This document shows positions 1-12,803 of a stretch of 64,000 bases of DNA, piece after piece. Position 1 is the first letter of the stretch. Every line of letters begins with the position of its first letter. Location: NCBI RefSeq assembly GCF_052425735.1, contig NC_135770.1, positions 6,014,001-6,078,000 on the forward strand, given 5' to 3'. The stretch is from Oculina patagonica. Taxonomy: Eukaryota. Position numbers and translations under genes: made by a program. The notes below the pieces were generated by a model. It had not been told where the DNA came from and did not search any database. It was given only the letters and a program-made list of their open reading frames with translations.

Positions 1-659
1 TTAACATCGTTATCACAACGATACGCCATGTTACACTCAAAAATTGTCACTGCTCTCCAATTATAATTATTTGGTCATTAATCATAATTAGTGGGACATG
101 TTTTCGTAATAAAACCCGGCTCTGCATGCCTCGTCAAGTTTCGCTGACCCATGTCGAATACTCTTATCACGAACAAATACGTGCGACATAACAAGTGCTA
201 TCGCGTGTTCGAGTGGCGTCAATTTGTCGCGGTTATTCCCAGATATTTAGTCATTTCAAGTTTGAAATGTTTTTGATGATGACAATCGCGCTGCCTTTTT
301 GTAAGTTAGCGATAACCTTCGGACACCATGAACTTTTGATTAGCAGCCAGTTTTCTGCCGTGCTTGGTGGGAATTGTTTAGGTGGGGGTCGGTACGTGTT
401 GGCTTCAAGATTTGGGGCGATATACATTACACAGTCACAATTCCAATGATAAGTCGTGGGTTTAATTTTGTTCAGCAGTTCATACTGGGCTTTTCTGGTG
501 GGCGTATTAAAACGATTGGGCTTATATATCTTAAAGGGATTTTGCGTCTTATATTCATATGTTGTTGTTTAAGATCTAGATGAATTTTCAAGTCAAAATG
601 ATTTTAAACTAGGTGGATTTGTATTATCTTTTTTTAGATTTATTGACATAATCCTCATA

Positions 660-1382
660 GGAGCAGTGTCACGTTATTTTAAGTAACTTTTCTGATTACT
701 TCCAAATTGAAGAAAACCTTAAAATAATAGTTGTGTAATATAGAAAAACAACCAAGGAGTACCTTATTACATGAAATTTTCGCGACACGTTAATTTCGCG
801 ATTTTGGTGTGCGCATATTTCGCGACACTTAAATTTCGCGATTTTGCGAAAATTTTGCATTTTGAATCACTTTAATTTCGCGCTTTTGGGTAAGACAATT
901 TACATTTCCTTGGTAACGTCAAAATTAACAAAAACGCAGGGGCGAGACTAATTCTCGGCAATAGCAACAACGACCCCAACAACAGTGTAGTTCTCACAAT
1001 GTCTCGAAGTAGGTTATGCTTGTACGTGCATAAGTTATTGTTCTTGAGTCAATTGACGACAACATCCATTTTCATTGAAAATTTCTTCCTTCAGTGGTAC
1101 TAAACTTATTTTTTCTTGATTGTTGACATAACGTGAGTCACTTAATTTTCGCGTTATGTTATGTTCGCGACACTTATTGTTCGCGTCACTTTAATTTCGC
1201 GATTTTTTTGGAATCGCGAAATTCGCGAAATTAACGTGTCGCGAAAATTTCATCTAATAAGGTAAAAACGCGAAAACAACCAAGGATGGTTTCGACTGAC
1301 GAAGATTAAGACGGATTACGAACTACAAACATGGAAAAACTTGCCAATTTTTTCAAGTTGCGTTGTCCGTGACGTAGTTTAA
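660..1382. mobile_element. Degenerate TTAA-type (Kolobok-like) non-autonomous element hosting a nested MITE
   Basis: Left end gagcagtgtcacg resembles the agggacagtgtcac start at 56050 and 62411. Right part tccgtgacgtagtt is shared with about 33160. Boundaries approximate. Confidence 0.4.
762..1262. mobile_element. MITE, Tc1/mariner-type
   Basis: About 40-bp TIRs ccttattacatgaaattttcgcgacacgttaatttcgcga, TA on both sides, internal aatttcgcg repeats. Confidence 0.88.
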
Positions 1383-2222
1383 ACAAAGGAAAATAGAAAT
1401 CAAACTAGCCTTTAAAAAATCATTTTGACCTAAAATTCTCATTAAATTACTTAAACATCTACAAGAATACCGTATGCTAATTGGTCGTCAAAAACTAGAC
1501 ACTTAACACGTTGATATTAGGACACAAAATAACGAGTTCTATGGTGCTTAAATGAAGAGCCACGAGTTTTTTCAAAATACTTTAACGACACAAACTTCAA
1601 ACAGTTTTCACAATAGGAGACTTTAGAAGTAATTGGAAGAAATTATGTGACAAGATTAAAAAACTCATCATCTACATGTCTAAATATACCTTAAAAGCCG
1701 CGGAACTAATTCAATAAGAAATACACGGCAAAGGGCTTGAGGTTTAATTGAGTCACGGAGAATGTTTTGCGCGACTCCAGAGTTTACACACTTTAAGCAT
1801 TTTTGATATAAAAAGTTGTGAGGGCTTTCCTTTGAATTCCCCGGATCAAATACTTGAATTAAGTCCGAGTTAAACTTTACTTTACCACTAGAGGAAGGCT
1901 GACTGCGTTTAGCCGTGGCTATCGGTAAAGGGCTACCCAGCTTAACCACGACTGTCTGAAAGCCCTGTCTACACTTCCCCTCAAACTTCATTACAAGATT
2001 TTGTCTTTCAAAATGGGAGTACATGAAAGAATTTCATGAAAGAATTTATAAGTTGTTTACATGTATTCAGAGGTCATAACTTGGGAAGTACTCATCATTT
2101 TTTTTATCACCCACATTATGCCTTCGATCGATCGCCACCATCTTTAGCCATGCCGGAAACTCCTACAACAAAGACCTTATTCGACATTGCGGTGGAATTG
2201 AAGTAGAGCCTTACACCAGGTT

Positions 2223-2295
2223 AACACATAGCACATCCGGGAATAAACGAGCACATCCGGGAATAACTCGTTTACTCCCGGATGTGCTGTGTGTT
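2223..2295. repeat. Hairpin with 29-bp arms and an internal partial tandem copy
   Basis: aacacatagcacatccgggaataaacgag / ctcgtttactcccggatgtgctgtgtgtt (27/29 complementary); the loop repeats cacatccgggaataa. Confidence 0.8.
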
Positions 2296-5200
2296 TTCCC
2301 AATCTCGAAAACGTGCTCTATTGGGGCCTCTGTTGGGTCATGATATTGTATTCATAGCCGTTCAAAAATTCCTTCCCAAATCAGATCAGTGCTCTACATT
2401 ATTTTTAGTTGTCTATTGTCGATATTGTGGTACAAATAAAATACCACAACGATAAGACCACTGTATCGATGAGTATTTTGCTCGCATGCTAGATTGTTTT
2501 GCGCGATTGTTGGATGCAAACGTACATGATATTCCAAATAAACCTAGAGGTATTTTTCAGTGGGATCCGCCTGTTTTGCTTGTAAGACTGCCATTGATAT
2601 TTTCGTTTGGAAGTCGAGACATTTCTCCATTCAGTAACGCAGAGTTAGTTAAACATATGCTATTTGACACGACTTTTTTTGATATAAACATTCAAAATAT
2701 TGCATAGAAAAGCCAGCGCTTCCTTACCAAGGAAACCTTCAAGCGACCGGACATGCACTTTCTTTCACCAGCGTTCTTAGTAATATTGACCCTCAATCGA
2801 GTGTTTGGAGTGTATATATTGTATATAGGATACTTTTATTATGCTGTGGTTAGAGATGCGAAGACAAACAATTCCGACGCACTCGTGTTTATTATGCTAT
2901 TTTTACTTCCCGTTTTTTTAAACCGACCGGTTGCACGTAGCGACCTATTCAATGAAAATAAATCATTTGCTCAAATGGGGTGTGCTCACAGTTCGTGATG
3001 GAATGAAAGCTTTGTGAAGTCTAAACGACATTTATGAAATAAGCAAGATGGTTTTCAAAATCATTAACTGTTAGTAGATCAGTACTTTCCATAGACACAG
3101 AAATTTACGGTTTTCAAGAGCGTTTTGCACTTGTTTTCAAAGAGTTATAGAAAAAAAAACTCGTGAATGTCTGATAGAATATCTAGCAACCCTGGACACA
3201 CTCGCCACAGACTTAGAAGTCTGAAAACGAAAAACTCAAAGTTTTCTGTTTCTTACAGGTAAATAAAACGCATTTTTGGAATAAAGGAATAGCATGATTC
3301 TTTTTTACCGGTCACTACAATGTCACTACAATGTTCGAGCAACAGACGCCGGCCAAAACATTGAAGTTTGTTGATATTGAAATCGTTTTACATCCTCGAC
3401 ATCGTATACATCCTCACTTCCTAATTTCGATCCTAATTGCTTCCTGCCATTTGTTCAGCATTTTTCCACAAAACCAAGCCATTGTTGTTGGGTTTTCTTT
3501 GGCCTAAGTGTTTTCGAGCTTCTAGAGATCATTCCAAATATAGGTGACAGACAGTTTTTGAGTGAACCGGCTCACTTAGCAAACATGGTGTAATTCTGTT
3601 TTAATTAAGGATGATAACCTCTGCTTGTATGTTATTCTCCCAAAATTCCATCCGTCTTATTTTGTTTACTTTTCACGGATCTCAGACTTGACTGTCTGAA
3701 ATATTTGTTTACCGAAAGCTTAGAAGACGTCTGACAATTTTTTCTCTTCCTTCCTTCAGCCTTCTTTATTCAGTGTCGGGTTTTTCTACGCATTGTGCAT
3801 GGCGCAAAAAATACGGCCAGCTTCGCACAGTTAGGCAAGATAAACTTTTGAGATGTGCCGGGTTTTGAAAGGCAGTGTCAGAAGATACATGTGATAGAGT
3901 TCACACAACTTGAGTTTTAGTGTACAGTAGTTTCCCGGCAGGAAATCTCAGATCCGTTAATGCGCCTTGAGCACAGAGCGACGAATGAAAATATGCAGTG
4001 TTTTTCTTTCACTTGTGTGTCCTTGAACGTTAAAAATGCCAATTATTTAACATACAGGCGTTTGAAGCGAGGCGCCTTTTAACGCCAGCAGTATTTTGTC
4101 ATTCGCACTTCAATTGAAATGGTTAACGTGCGATGCGGCCATACACCGGTAAACTTTTTGCATTCAATGGCTTATATAACTGCCCCTCTAAAAAAACGTG
4201 AAGTTTGTTGTTTTTTTTTTCTTGTACTTTAAGGTAAAAGTATAAATATTTCTTGATCCATAAATAGAATCTCTTCTTGCCAATAAAAGAAAGAAAACCG
4301 CTTCCAATATCGGAGAGTGTCACCAGGACTTGGAACAGCTCAAAAACACGATGGTATTTCAAGTTGCTATAGTTGACAATTTAATTGGCTTACTTAACTA
4401 ATTCTTTGCGTTCACGAAAGTTTTTTTACGAGAATCATTTCAAGTGCATGGAGTTGTTATTAAGTATATTTGCGCTGTTTGTTTGTTGGGAAGGAATCCA
4501 TGCACAGGAACAAGCGAGACATGTGAACTGAAAACACCAAAAACATATAATTGTCGGTATATTGTCGCGATGAGTGAGTTTTGCCCACAAATGACCTCGA
4601 TGGCACGCCACAAATTCCCGGCTTCTGTGGACTGTTTTTGTTTGATATTGTACCCTTTATTAAAACATTTATGGACTCTGTGGGCGGGATATTGGACCTC
4701 ATAGATCCATTTTGCAAATACGTCACGGAGTCAAAGCCAAATGGCTTTAATTTGAATACAAAAATGACATAGTAAATTAAGCGAAACTATTCTTTATTGC
4801 GTTTACCAGAGATTACTACAAATCGCTTTCGATCAGTGTGGCTGTTTGAAAGTTTCATAAACCAATTACCGTAATGAATTAGGAAATGGGAAAATCGGCT
4901 TTAATAAAGAAAGGCGTTAGGAACTAAATTGCTCCCACACCAACAAGATTAATTTTCCATTCTAATATGACAACAATGAGCCTGTATGTCTGTATTGACG
5001 CTTTGTTATGGCTCAAGGACTACATTGGCGCAATAGGTTGATAATAAACTGTTGCGCAAAGAAAACTCAAACATAAACACTGTTTTATTCGCGCACTGCG
5101 GGGAACCCTGTTGAGAAATCAGCTTGCTTTGCTACATCGCGCTGATAAACCCATTTAAAAGCACGAAACAGCGGATTTTTTTTCTTTTATAGCTTCCTGC

Positions 5201-6048
5201 TTAAAGACTCTCTCACAGTTCCAAAAACACTGCACGTAAGATTCTGTTTTGAATCTTTGCTACTGTAGACCACATTGTAACAACTGTTAATGCTTAAGAT
5301 AACAGTTTTTTTTCTTTTAGACAAAGCGAAAGAAGATACCATTTGAACTTTTAATTCAACCGATCATGAGGAGTCGAAGCGATAAGGTTTCGCTTACTTT
5401 TACTTGTTTATACATACATGGATGGCTGAGTTTCCTCGATAACAAACAGATGGTAAAATAGGAACAACACTTTTCGCTTATGCGGCAGAAATTGGTTGTC
5501 CGCAAGTTTGGCCGGGGTTTGAGTAAAATCTAAGGCAAAACTACACATCCTGTTTTTAATAAATGTTATTTTATTGTCTAGCGTTTGTCCAAGTTTTCAA
5601 CAGTTATGTGTTAATTAACTTAAATGAAAATTTGTCGTTCATAAATGTAAATTTTATCATCGGAAATCGGAAAGACGTGATGGCATGAGTAGATAAGTTA
5701 CATTTGGATTCCATATGTAATGACTCTCTTATCGCACAAGTATAAAAACAATATTTACACATTCCCTAACTCTTAATGTGTTCTTCAAAATGAATACTTC
5801 GCAGAAGTCTTTCGTCTCAATTCTGACGGAAACTGTCAAATGGAGCATAACTGCAATAAACGCACTGTTTGCGGCTTGGTTTTTTTTACAGTATATTTGC
5901 GTTACCTGCTAAAGCGCAAGTTCTCTGCCACACAAACTCGATTTCTTTCGAAGAATCTGGCATGTAACTCTGTCCTTACTCCATCTCGCTTTGTTAATCT
6001 TGCCATTGCTCCATCTAAATTTGTTTCGTCTCTAAATATCCGCACACA

Positions 6049-6564
6049 TCAGCAACTATGCTTTAATGACTCTTGATCCAGAGGGGGCGAATTGTAAAGC
6101 AAAGTCGCTCTCAACAACAATCTAAGAATTAGTTCATCGTCGGTCACCTCAACGGGAAATTTCCCCTCTTTGTCCTCGGCTCTGACATTTGCACCGCATC
6201 GTAAAAGAAAACGGCAGATTTCTTCATAGCCTTCGCTGGCGGCGTAATGTAGCGCCGTCCAGCCAAATCGGTCCTTTTTGTTAACGTTCGCTCCTAGTTC
6301 AACCATCATCTTTGCGCTCTCCAAATTTCCATCCAATACGCACTGGTTAAGCGCTGTGAGTCCAGATGTGGTAATTTCATTAATTTCACAACATGTGATT
6401 TGCTTTCTCAGCCGCTTTTTCAACGCTTCTCTATCCCTTGGTTGATTGACCGCCGCGATTTGAAGTTGTAGCACCATATCTATTGGAACTCGGCGACTAA
6501 TTCTTTTTCGCTTCTTTTGCGCTGGCGATCCTTCAGGCGAACCTGTCGTTGCTAAATCTTGCAT
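6049..6564 (-). CDS. Ankyrin-repeat protein, PP1 regulatory subunit-like (PPP1R27/PPP1R12/16 family), 171 aa
   Basis: ATG-to-stop ORF with ankyrin repeats (SGLTALNQCVLDGNLESAKMMVELGANVNKKD, FGWTALHYAASEGYEEICRFLLRCGANVRAEDKEGKFP) and a basic N-terminal patch KKRKR. Size and architecture resemble PPP1R27. Confidence 0.85.
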   Translation of the reverse strand: MQDLATTGSPEGSPAQKKRKRISRRVPIDMVLQLQIAAVNQPRDREALKKRLRKQITCCEINEITTSGLTALNQCVLDGNLESAKMMVELGANVNKKDRFGWTALHYAASEGYEEICRFLLRCGANVRAEDKEGKFPVEVTDDELILRLLLRATLLYNSPPLDQESLKHSC

Positions 6565-7438
6565 GATGGCGCAACCGTTGCTCCGTTAAAACACTAGTTG
6601 AATTTCTCTTTGTACCGCGTTATGATCTTCACAAGTAATTCACACCTCAGCTGTTGTGTTCTTCTGGGAGAAATGTGCGTGAAAGAGGCGTTTTATGCCT
6701 TTCAGATCAGAGGTCGCACAAGTGCTCTTAACAAAAGAATCAATTACAGACGTCACGTATCTATCAAAGACATGCTAGGTGATGTTACGTCATCAAATTG
6801 GCAATACGCGAACGTGCGATGTCACGAGATGTTAACCGCACGAGTGGAAGCTATGTTTCAGTTCGCTTATCTTGCGTAACACGAATCCAGTTAATGTATA
6901 TTAAATTAATTCTCTTATCTTTTATTTGAGGGCCAAACTGGCCTTATCTGCTAGCATTTCGTGCCGAGTCTTCAGCGCGCACGGCAAGTTTTAATGATTC
7001 AAAGGATCCCGTTACGGATGTCGCTTCTTAAATTTTCAAAGTTTACTTTGATCCTTTTTATGAAATTTTCCGAAGTCAAGCAATATTTTTTTACGACTTT
7101 TCGGCCAACAACGCCCTTTCCCAGGCTTTGAGAAATAATAATTAAAAAATTGCGGCTCGGAAGGTCGCCAAAATATTGTATAACACTGGGAAAATTCCCG
7201 TAAAGGTTTTAGAAAAAAGTCATAAAATTTTGAAATTCAGTTAGTTACATTTTCTTTTTCTGTCTTAATCTTTTGTCAAATTTAAAAATCCTGTGCCTTA
7301 ATACACTATTATTTATTCTGAAGGCAATTTTGTACATGAAAAAAAGAAAAGGGAAAAAACGAGTTATTTATCATGCGTTTTTGCTGAGCTTGTAAACTGA
7401 CCACTACGATATTGCACAAGTTTCAGTTTTGGTCTTAC

Positions 7439-7600
7439 TGTGAATATAGTTCTACGTTCATCTCACGCCGCGTTTGTTCACAGTATTTGTCACGTTGTGT
7501 ACAATATTTCCCACGTTGTCGGCTACTTCTCATCTGTTCCGGCTGTTTCCTATTTGTATTGGGTTGCCTTAAATTTCCACCCACTTCCGCGCGTTAGCGC
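7439..7600 (-). other. Candidate non-coding exon (5'UTR of the ankyrin gene, or a lncRNA)
   Basis: Acceptor tttgcttgtttccag and donor ca|gtaaga on the minus strand. All three frames contain stops. A possible acceptor catttctcccag lies about 100 nt upstream of the ankyrin ATG. Confidence 0.3.
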
Positions 7601-9296
7601 CTGGAAACAAGCAAACAATCAATCAGTCATTGAAATAGTGTGTGAACCAACATCAAAGTAAGTGCAACCCACGAAAGTCGGCCAAGCCACAAATTGTACA
7701 AATTTTCTCAAATTATCACCTAGGAAAGATTGAAAATGAGCAATAGCTTTTATTTCAACGGTCACACCTTGGGATTTTATTCACAGACTGAAAAGTTAGA
7801 AATGCATTACGTGACTTAAGTTTTGTCTTGGAAAGAAGAGATAAAGAGCTGATGAAATCTTGGAAAGCCACCTACTGGTAGGCAAGCCTAGCTGGCAGTC
7901 TTCGTGCACGTATTTTATTTTGTAATCAGCAATACTGCTGTTTAGTCATCAGTTAAGTTGAAGCGCTCTTTTCCGAAAAAGGCTTTTTTTTTCGTGCGGT
8001 CAGTTTGCGTTCCGGCAAACAAAGAGTACAGCTATGTTGGACCACAATTGAGTGATTCTTTTGTTTAAGTTTGTAAACAAAGTTTAAAAGTCTGCTTCAT
8101 ATCCTGCTGCTGGATTAAGTTCTTGATGGAACTTCTTTCCGCTTCGCTTTAAAAAAATACACTTTCAGATACAAGTTACAAAATGCCATATGTTTAGAGC
8201 TGAGCAATAAAGACAACAAAATCAGGCGATTTGTAAAAAAACGACAACAACCACAACCACAACCAAAACAAAACAAAAACAAACGAACAAACAAACAAAA
8301 TCTCGTGTTTTGAGCTGAATATAAAGAAAACAGTATCACGCGATTTGTAAAGACCGTTAAGTCTTGGCTATCGTTTTGACCTCCTAATCTTTTGCCTTCT
8401 CAGAAATCTATGGTTGCACGCGATTCAGGAAATATCAGTAAACATGACTTATGGCAGTTCCCACTTGGTACAGGAGAGTGAACTAGAAAGCGAGGCGCCC
8501 GAAAGCAAGCCAGAGACTATCTGTTTTCTCTGACAAATCTTTATAAAATGTCACAACCTCAAGAACAAGCAGATATTTGGAGCAGAGAAAGCTAAATCGT
8601 ATTAACCGTGAACAAAATTGAAATAGAAAGAGTAAATACAAGGTCATACAAAAAGGCGATTCCAAAGGCAAGAAAACAAACACTTAGTAAACAAAGCTAT
8701 TTAAAACAAAAAGTAGAATATATCTATAATTTGAGAGGGGTTTTCGGATAGTAACCAGCTCTAAGGGGGTCAGAAAACTTGAATGATAACAAGATTGATT
8801 ATGTTATGTACTGTCAGATATCACTCCATTGTTTACGCCCATAAACTGGTCGAGTCACGCGAGCCTGTGATAAAACTATTATTAAGTGTTAATAATCAAT
8901 AATGAATCATATTCATTATTTAACCAACAAGCCCTACTTTGACGATGAACGGTGAAAATAACCTTAACATCCACTGAACTCTCGACCGCTTAGCCCATTA
9001 TCAGCTGACTCTCAGTCTGTACTAGCGAACGACAGCAAAAAATAATTTGATTTGTCTACTACGTTTGAAAGTTTAATGTTCACTAACTGACGCTAACAAT
9101 CCCACTGAAACTCTTCTTTAAAACAGTTAACTGTAAAATTTGTTCGGCTGATGTACCGTGTATTGAGTTGGGATCCACGGGCAGGGCGGCCCGCCGTGTG
9201 TGTCACATACGAGACCACCCATATGCACAGGGCCAGCACTTTTGTATACAAGAGAAATTAAAACCTCGAGTATCTTTTAATCCTGGATTAGTATAA

Positions 9297-9587
9297 GAGC
9301 GATTTTCACTTGAGTGTCGAAAGCAATACACGTTTGCTTTTGTTTTCCATTACTAAGCTTAGTGATTGGTTGTTAAAAAAAAACCCGCGCCACTTTCTCG
9401 ACCAATCAAAAGGAAAACAAAAACCAATCGTGATTCGTTCACGCGCGTTTTCCCGCGCTTCGTTCCGGCTACATGTATTTGCTTCGAGTTTTGATTGGTT
9501 CACTGGGTTAAGGTTGTCTTTGTTCTTTGTGATTGGCCGGAATGATTACTTTGTTTTGGTTTTACGACACTCAATCTAAAATCGCTT
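9297..9587. mobile_element. MITE, PIF/Harbinger-type (gattgg/ccaatc-rich family)
   Basis: Imperfect TIRs gagcgattttcacttgagtgtcg / cgacactcaatctaaaatcgctt with TAA flanks. Related copies at about 18410-18680, 21880-22020 and 53075-53180. Confidence 0.75.
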
Positions 9588-10070
9588 TAATCGGCTTTCG
9601 AACATCCCCGGTTGCAGCTGCATGTTCAAAGCTTATCTAGGATTTATAATTGTCAATCCGGCAATTTGATTCCAACTTAACAAGGAATTTATTCTTTTGC
9701 ATTTATATTTTTTGAAGCAATGTTAATCTTGAATCTTAAAACTTTATGCCTTATACTGTTTTTCCTTCACCGCGCGTTTTAAAGATAAAATTAAACATGT
9801 AGTTTGTTCAACTTTCTTCTTTAGGCGCTTTTAACCTAAAGATTATAACTATTTCAGCATTTTGCTCCACTATAATAAGAATCCAAATGTTTAACAGTAT
9901 GCAGTTACAAATGTATGCGTTATGAACCGAGGTAGTTTTGTAAACCAAGGGTAGTCCACATAATTTTTTTCTATGTGCCGAACTTAATTCTCGGAGGGCT
10001 CGTTTGTTTGTTTGAGAGATTTAGTGTTCAAAAATCGATTTTAGCCGTAAACATGTTTGTGGTTCCCTTA

Positions 10071-10691
10071 GGGACGGTTCATTTTTTATGGGGTAGGGGG
10101 GGGGGGGCTGGTGGGATTTGATAGATAGTCACTGTTATATATAATGCCCCCCCCTTCTTCATCGAAAATTTTTGCCTGGCCCCCCCTTGAAATCAAATTT
10201 TTTTTCGATGACCCCCCCCCCCCATAAAAAAAAAACAATAATCAAGTGAAATTAAAATATATCGAGCCTTGTGAATAAAGAATTTATCAGTGTACAAAAA
10301 ACATCCCAAATAGCTGGCATTGCCTCAGCTGTTACGTTTATTGTGGATGTCGTCTGTTAGTATGGGTTGTTTGCACTTGTAACCAATAAGCTGTGGGTTG
10401 AGTTAATGGCATTTGGTACATAACAAAGTAGGGGGGTTCGGGGGCATGCTCCCCCGGGAAAAAGTGAATTTTGAGAACCTCAGAAATGTTATTTTGGGCA
10501 TTCTGGCAATTTTTTTTTACTCTTATAGAAGCCTTTTTATAACACTTAAAAGTACAATTATATTTAGTGACCCCCCCTTACAGACCATATTTTTTTGGCT
10601 GGCCCCCCCTTTAAAGCCAAATTTTTTCGGATGCCCCCCTCAAATCCCACCAGCCCCCCCCCCCCCTATCTCATAAAAAATGAACCGTCCC
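10071..10691. mobile_element. MITE, PIF/Harbinger-type
   Basis: About 50-bp TIRs gggacggttcattttttatg...ggctggtgggatttg; 3-bp TSD TTA/TTA. Confidence 0.9.
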
Positions 10692-10925
10692 TTACGACCT
10701 TGGCTACGACCTCCCTTGAGTAGATTCAAGATTATCTTCAACCACAGACAAAATTAGTTAAGAAGGTTGTAAACATATATCCAATTACGGTGAGTTTCGA
10801 ATTCAACTTTGTAAACACCCTTCTTGTACTGTTTACGATACTCCTCCTCTATCACCCCCCCGCTCCCCCTACCAATTGGAAGCTCACTTTACTACTGTGC
10901 TAGTAGCTCAACCTTGAATACATTA

Positions 10926-11434
10926 CTTGCAGAAAATTTCGAAAGGTTTTAATTTCGGACGAAAAAGGTGTCCGTTAATAAAACCGTCCGATATTTTTAA
11001 GAGTCTGAAATATTTACAGTACAGTATAACTGTTTTAAGTACATAAACAAACCCGATGTGACAAGAAAGGGTTTTAAGATGGTAGAAATAGTGAAAGATG
11101 TAGCTAAGGAACTAGAACCAGATGATACTTTTGAAGATCTTATTGCTTATCATTAAGCTTCTTTGAGCTCCAATGCTTTTATTTTCTTTACGGAACTGGA
11201 GCGAACTCAAGTTGGGACACTGCTTGAGATACGTAACGGATTGATAGTATTTGTGTTATTTTCGCGTCGGTGCACGGTATCTGCAATTTCGCAGATGTTG
11301 TTTCAGTCTTATTACTCTTATAACTATGTTTCAGCAGAGTGTCCGAAATATTTGTCCGAAATTTGTCCGAAATCAAATAAAAGTGTCCAAAAATTAAACG
11401 TCCGAAATTTTAACGTTTGAAATTTTTTGCAAGT
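10926..11434. mobile_element. MITE, probably Tc1/mariner-type
   Basis: Imperfect TIRs acttgcagaaaatttcgaaa / tttgaaattttttgcaagt with subterminal tgtccgaaa repeats. Confidence 0.6.
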
Positions 11435-11873
11435 TATGTAGGAGTGGGTATGGGGAAGAACAAAAGTACAAGGCTTCCAACCAATAACTTTTCTCTATGT
11501 TTGTAGCTCTGGCTTAAACATTGGTGTCCTCCTTTCAGTTTTGATTGGTTGGTCAGCTAGTTACGTTTTTTTTTTTGATCAAGTGCCTTGTTTTCATACT
11601 GGGCCACCTGGTTATCTCTTGTCTAAAATCCCAACCGCGTACCTACAACTTTGTGCCTTTGTAGAAGTTGTGAAAGTAGTTATAGCTGCTAGTAGTCGAG
11701 CGCTGGAATAAAGCCTTTAAGAGAAATCTCGAGTTTCAGAGTCCCGTTCCAGTTCCCTGGAGGTTAAACTACTACTGTAGGACTTGTTTCGAGCTTCGGA
11801 TTGTTATTGTTATTGTTTTGCATCCTGTCCAGATAGAAACCCAAAGATTTGTGGAAATTTGTCCTCCCTACTC

Positions 11874-12446
11874 TAGGGCTTTCCACTAGTTGCTCGAGAT
11901 TTTCCCAAAAGTTGCCCGTAATTTCTCAAAAAGTTGCTCAAAAGTTGCTCCAAAATCCAAAAAAGTTGCTTCTGATAATAAAAGTTGCTCGAAAGTTGCT
12001 CCAAAAAAATCCAAAACGCTGCTTCTTATCAAGAGAATTTCTCTAAATATATGCTTATTTCCCTTTGAGGGTAAGATTTCTAAAGAATTTTATGCAATTT
12101 TACAGCAAAAGAAGTATCTAAATAACATATTAAGGGGAAATTTGTTCAATAACAAGGATTTCTTTGAGAAAAATCGTGAAGATATCGATGACGTCATTTT
12201 TGATGACGATTTTTGAAATGTTTTAATGCAGAATGAGCCGAAAGTTGAAACGTCTTCAGAAATTGCCCGGAAATCTTCGGCAAACTCTTTGAACAACACT
12301 CGGATAATCTTCGAAGATCTTCGATATGGAAATTGCTCAAAATGCAACAAGTTGCTCGAGTTTAAAAAAGTTGCTTGAAGGGGAAAAAGTTGCTCGAAAC
12401 ATGAAAAGTTGCCAAAAAGTTGCCGAGCAACTTGTGGAAAGCCCTA
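11874..12446. mobile_element. MITE, hAT-type
   Basis: TIRs tagggctttccac(t/a)agttgctcg; the 8-mer tccctact lies on both flanks (one extra base on the left); many subterminal aaaagttgct repeats. Confidence 0.85.
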
Positions 12447-12509
12447 TCCCTACTTCGCCCCGTATATAGAACCTCCCCGACAATAAGCCCACCTGAAGGG
12501 GACTTTGAG

Positions 12510-12803
12510 GGAGGCGCGGTGGCTTAATGGTTAGTGCGTCGGACTCCGGATCGAGCGGTCCGAGTTCGAGCCCTGGCCGGGGTCACTGTGTTGTGTTCTT
12601 GGGCAAGACACTTTACTCTCATAGTGCCTCTCTCCACCCAGGTGTATAAATGGGTACCCGCGACATAATGCTGGGAAGGGTACACCGCGATGGACTAGCA
12701 TCCTATTCAGGGGAAGTAGAAATATTCCTAGTCGCTTAATGCTACAGAAACCGGGATAAGCTCCGGCAGTATGGGCCTCGTGGCTCAAGGCTTCCCCTTT
12801 TAA
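12510..12803 (+). mobile_element. tRNA-derived SINE with CORE-like middle, full length
   Basis: A box tggcttaatgg, B box gttcgagcc, CORE/MIR-like ttgggcaagacactttactctc...tgtataaatggg. 11-bp TSD gggactttgag (12499-12509, 12804-12814). Inserted into a MITE remnant ending ttcggaattttacggt. Confidence 0.9.

Noticed and set aside
3300-3790. Possible minus-strand exons with ATG and a GTGAG donor
   Set aside because: No open frame of meaningful length after trial splicing.
12510-12585. tRNA gene
   Set aside because: Head of a SINE with body, tail and TSD; not a standalone tRNA.
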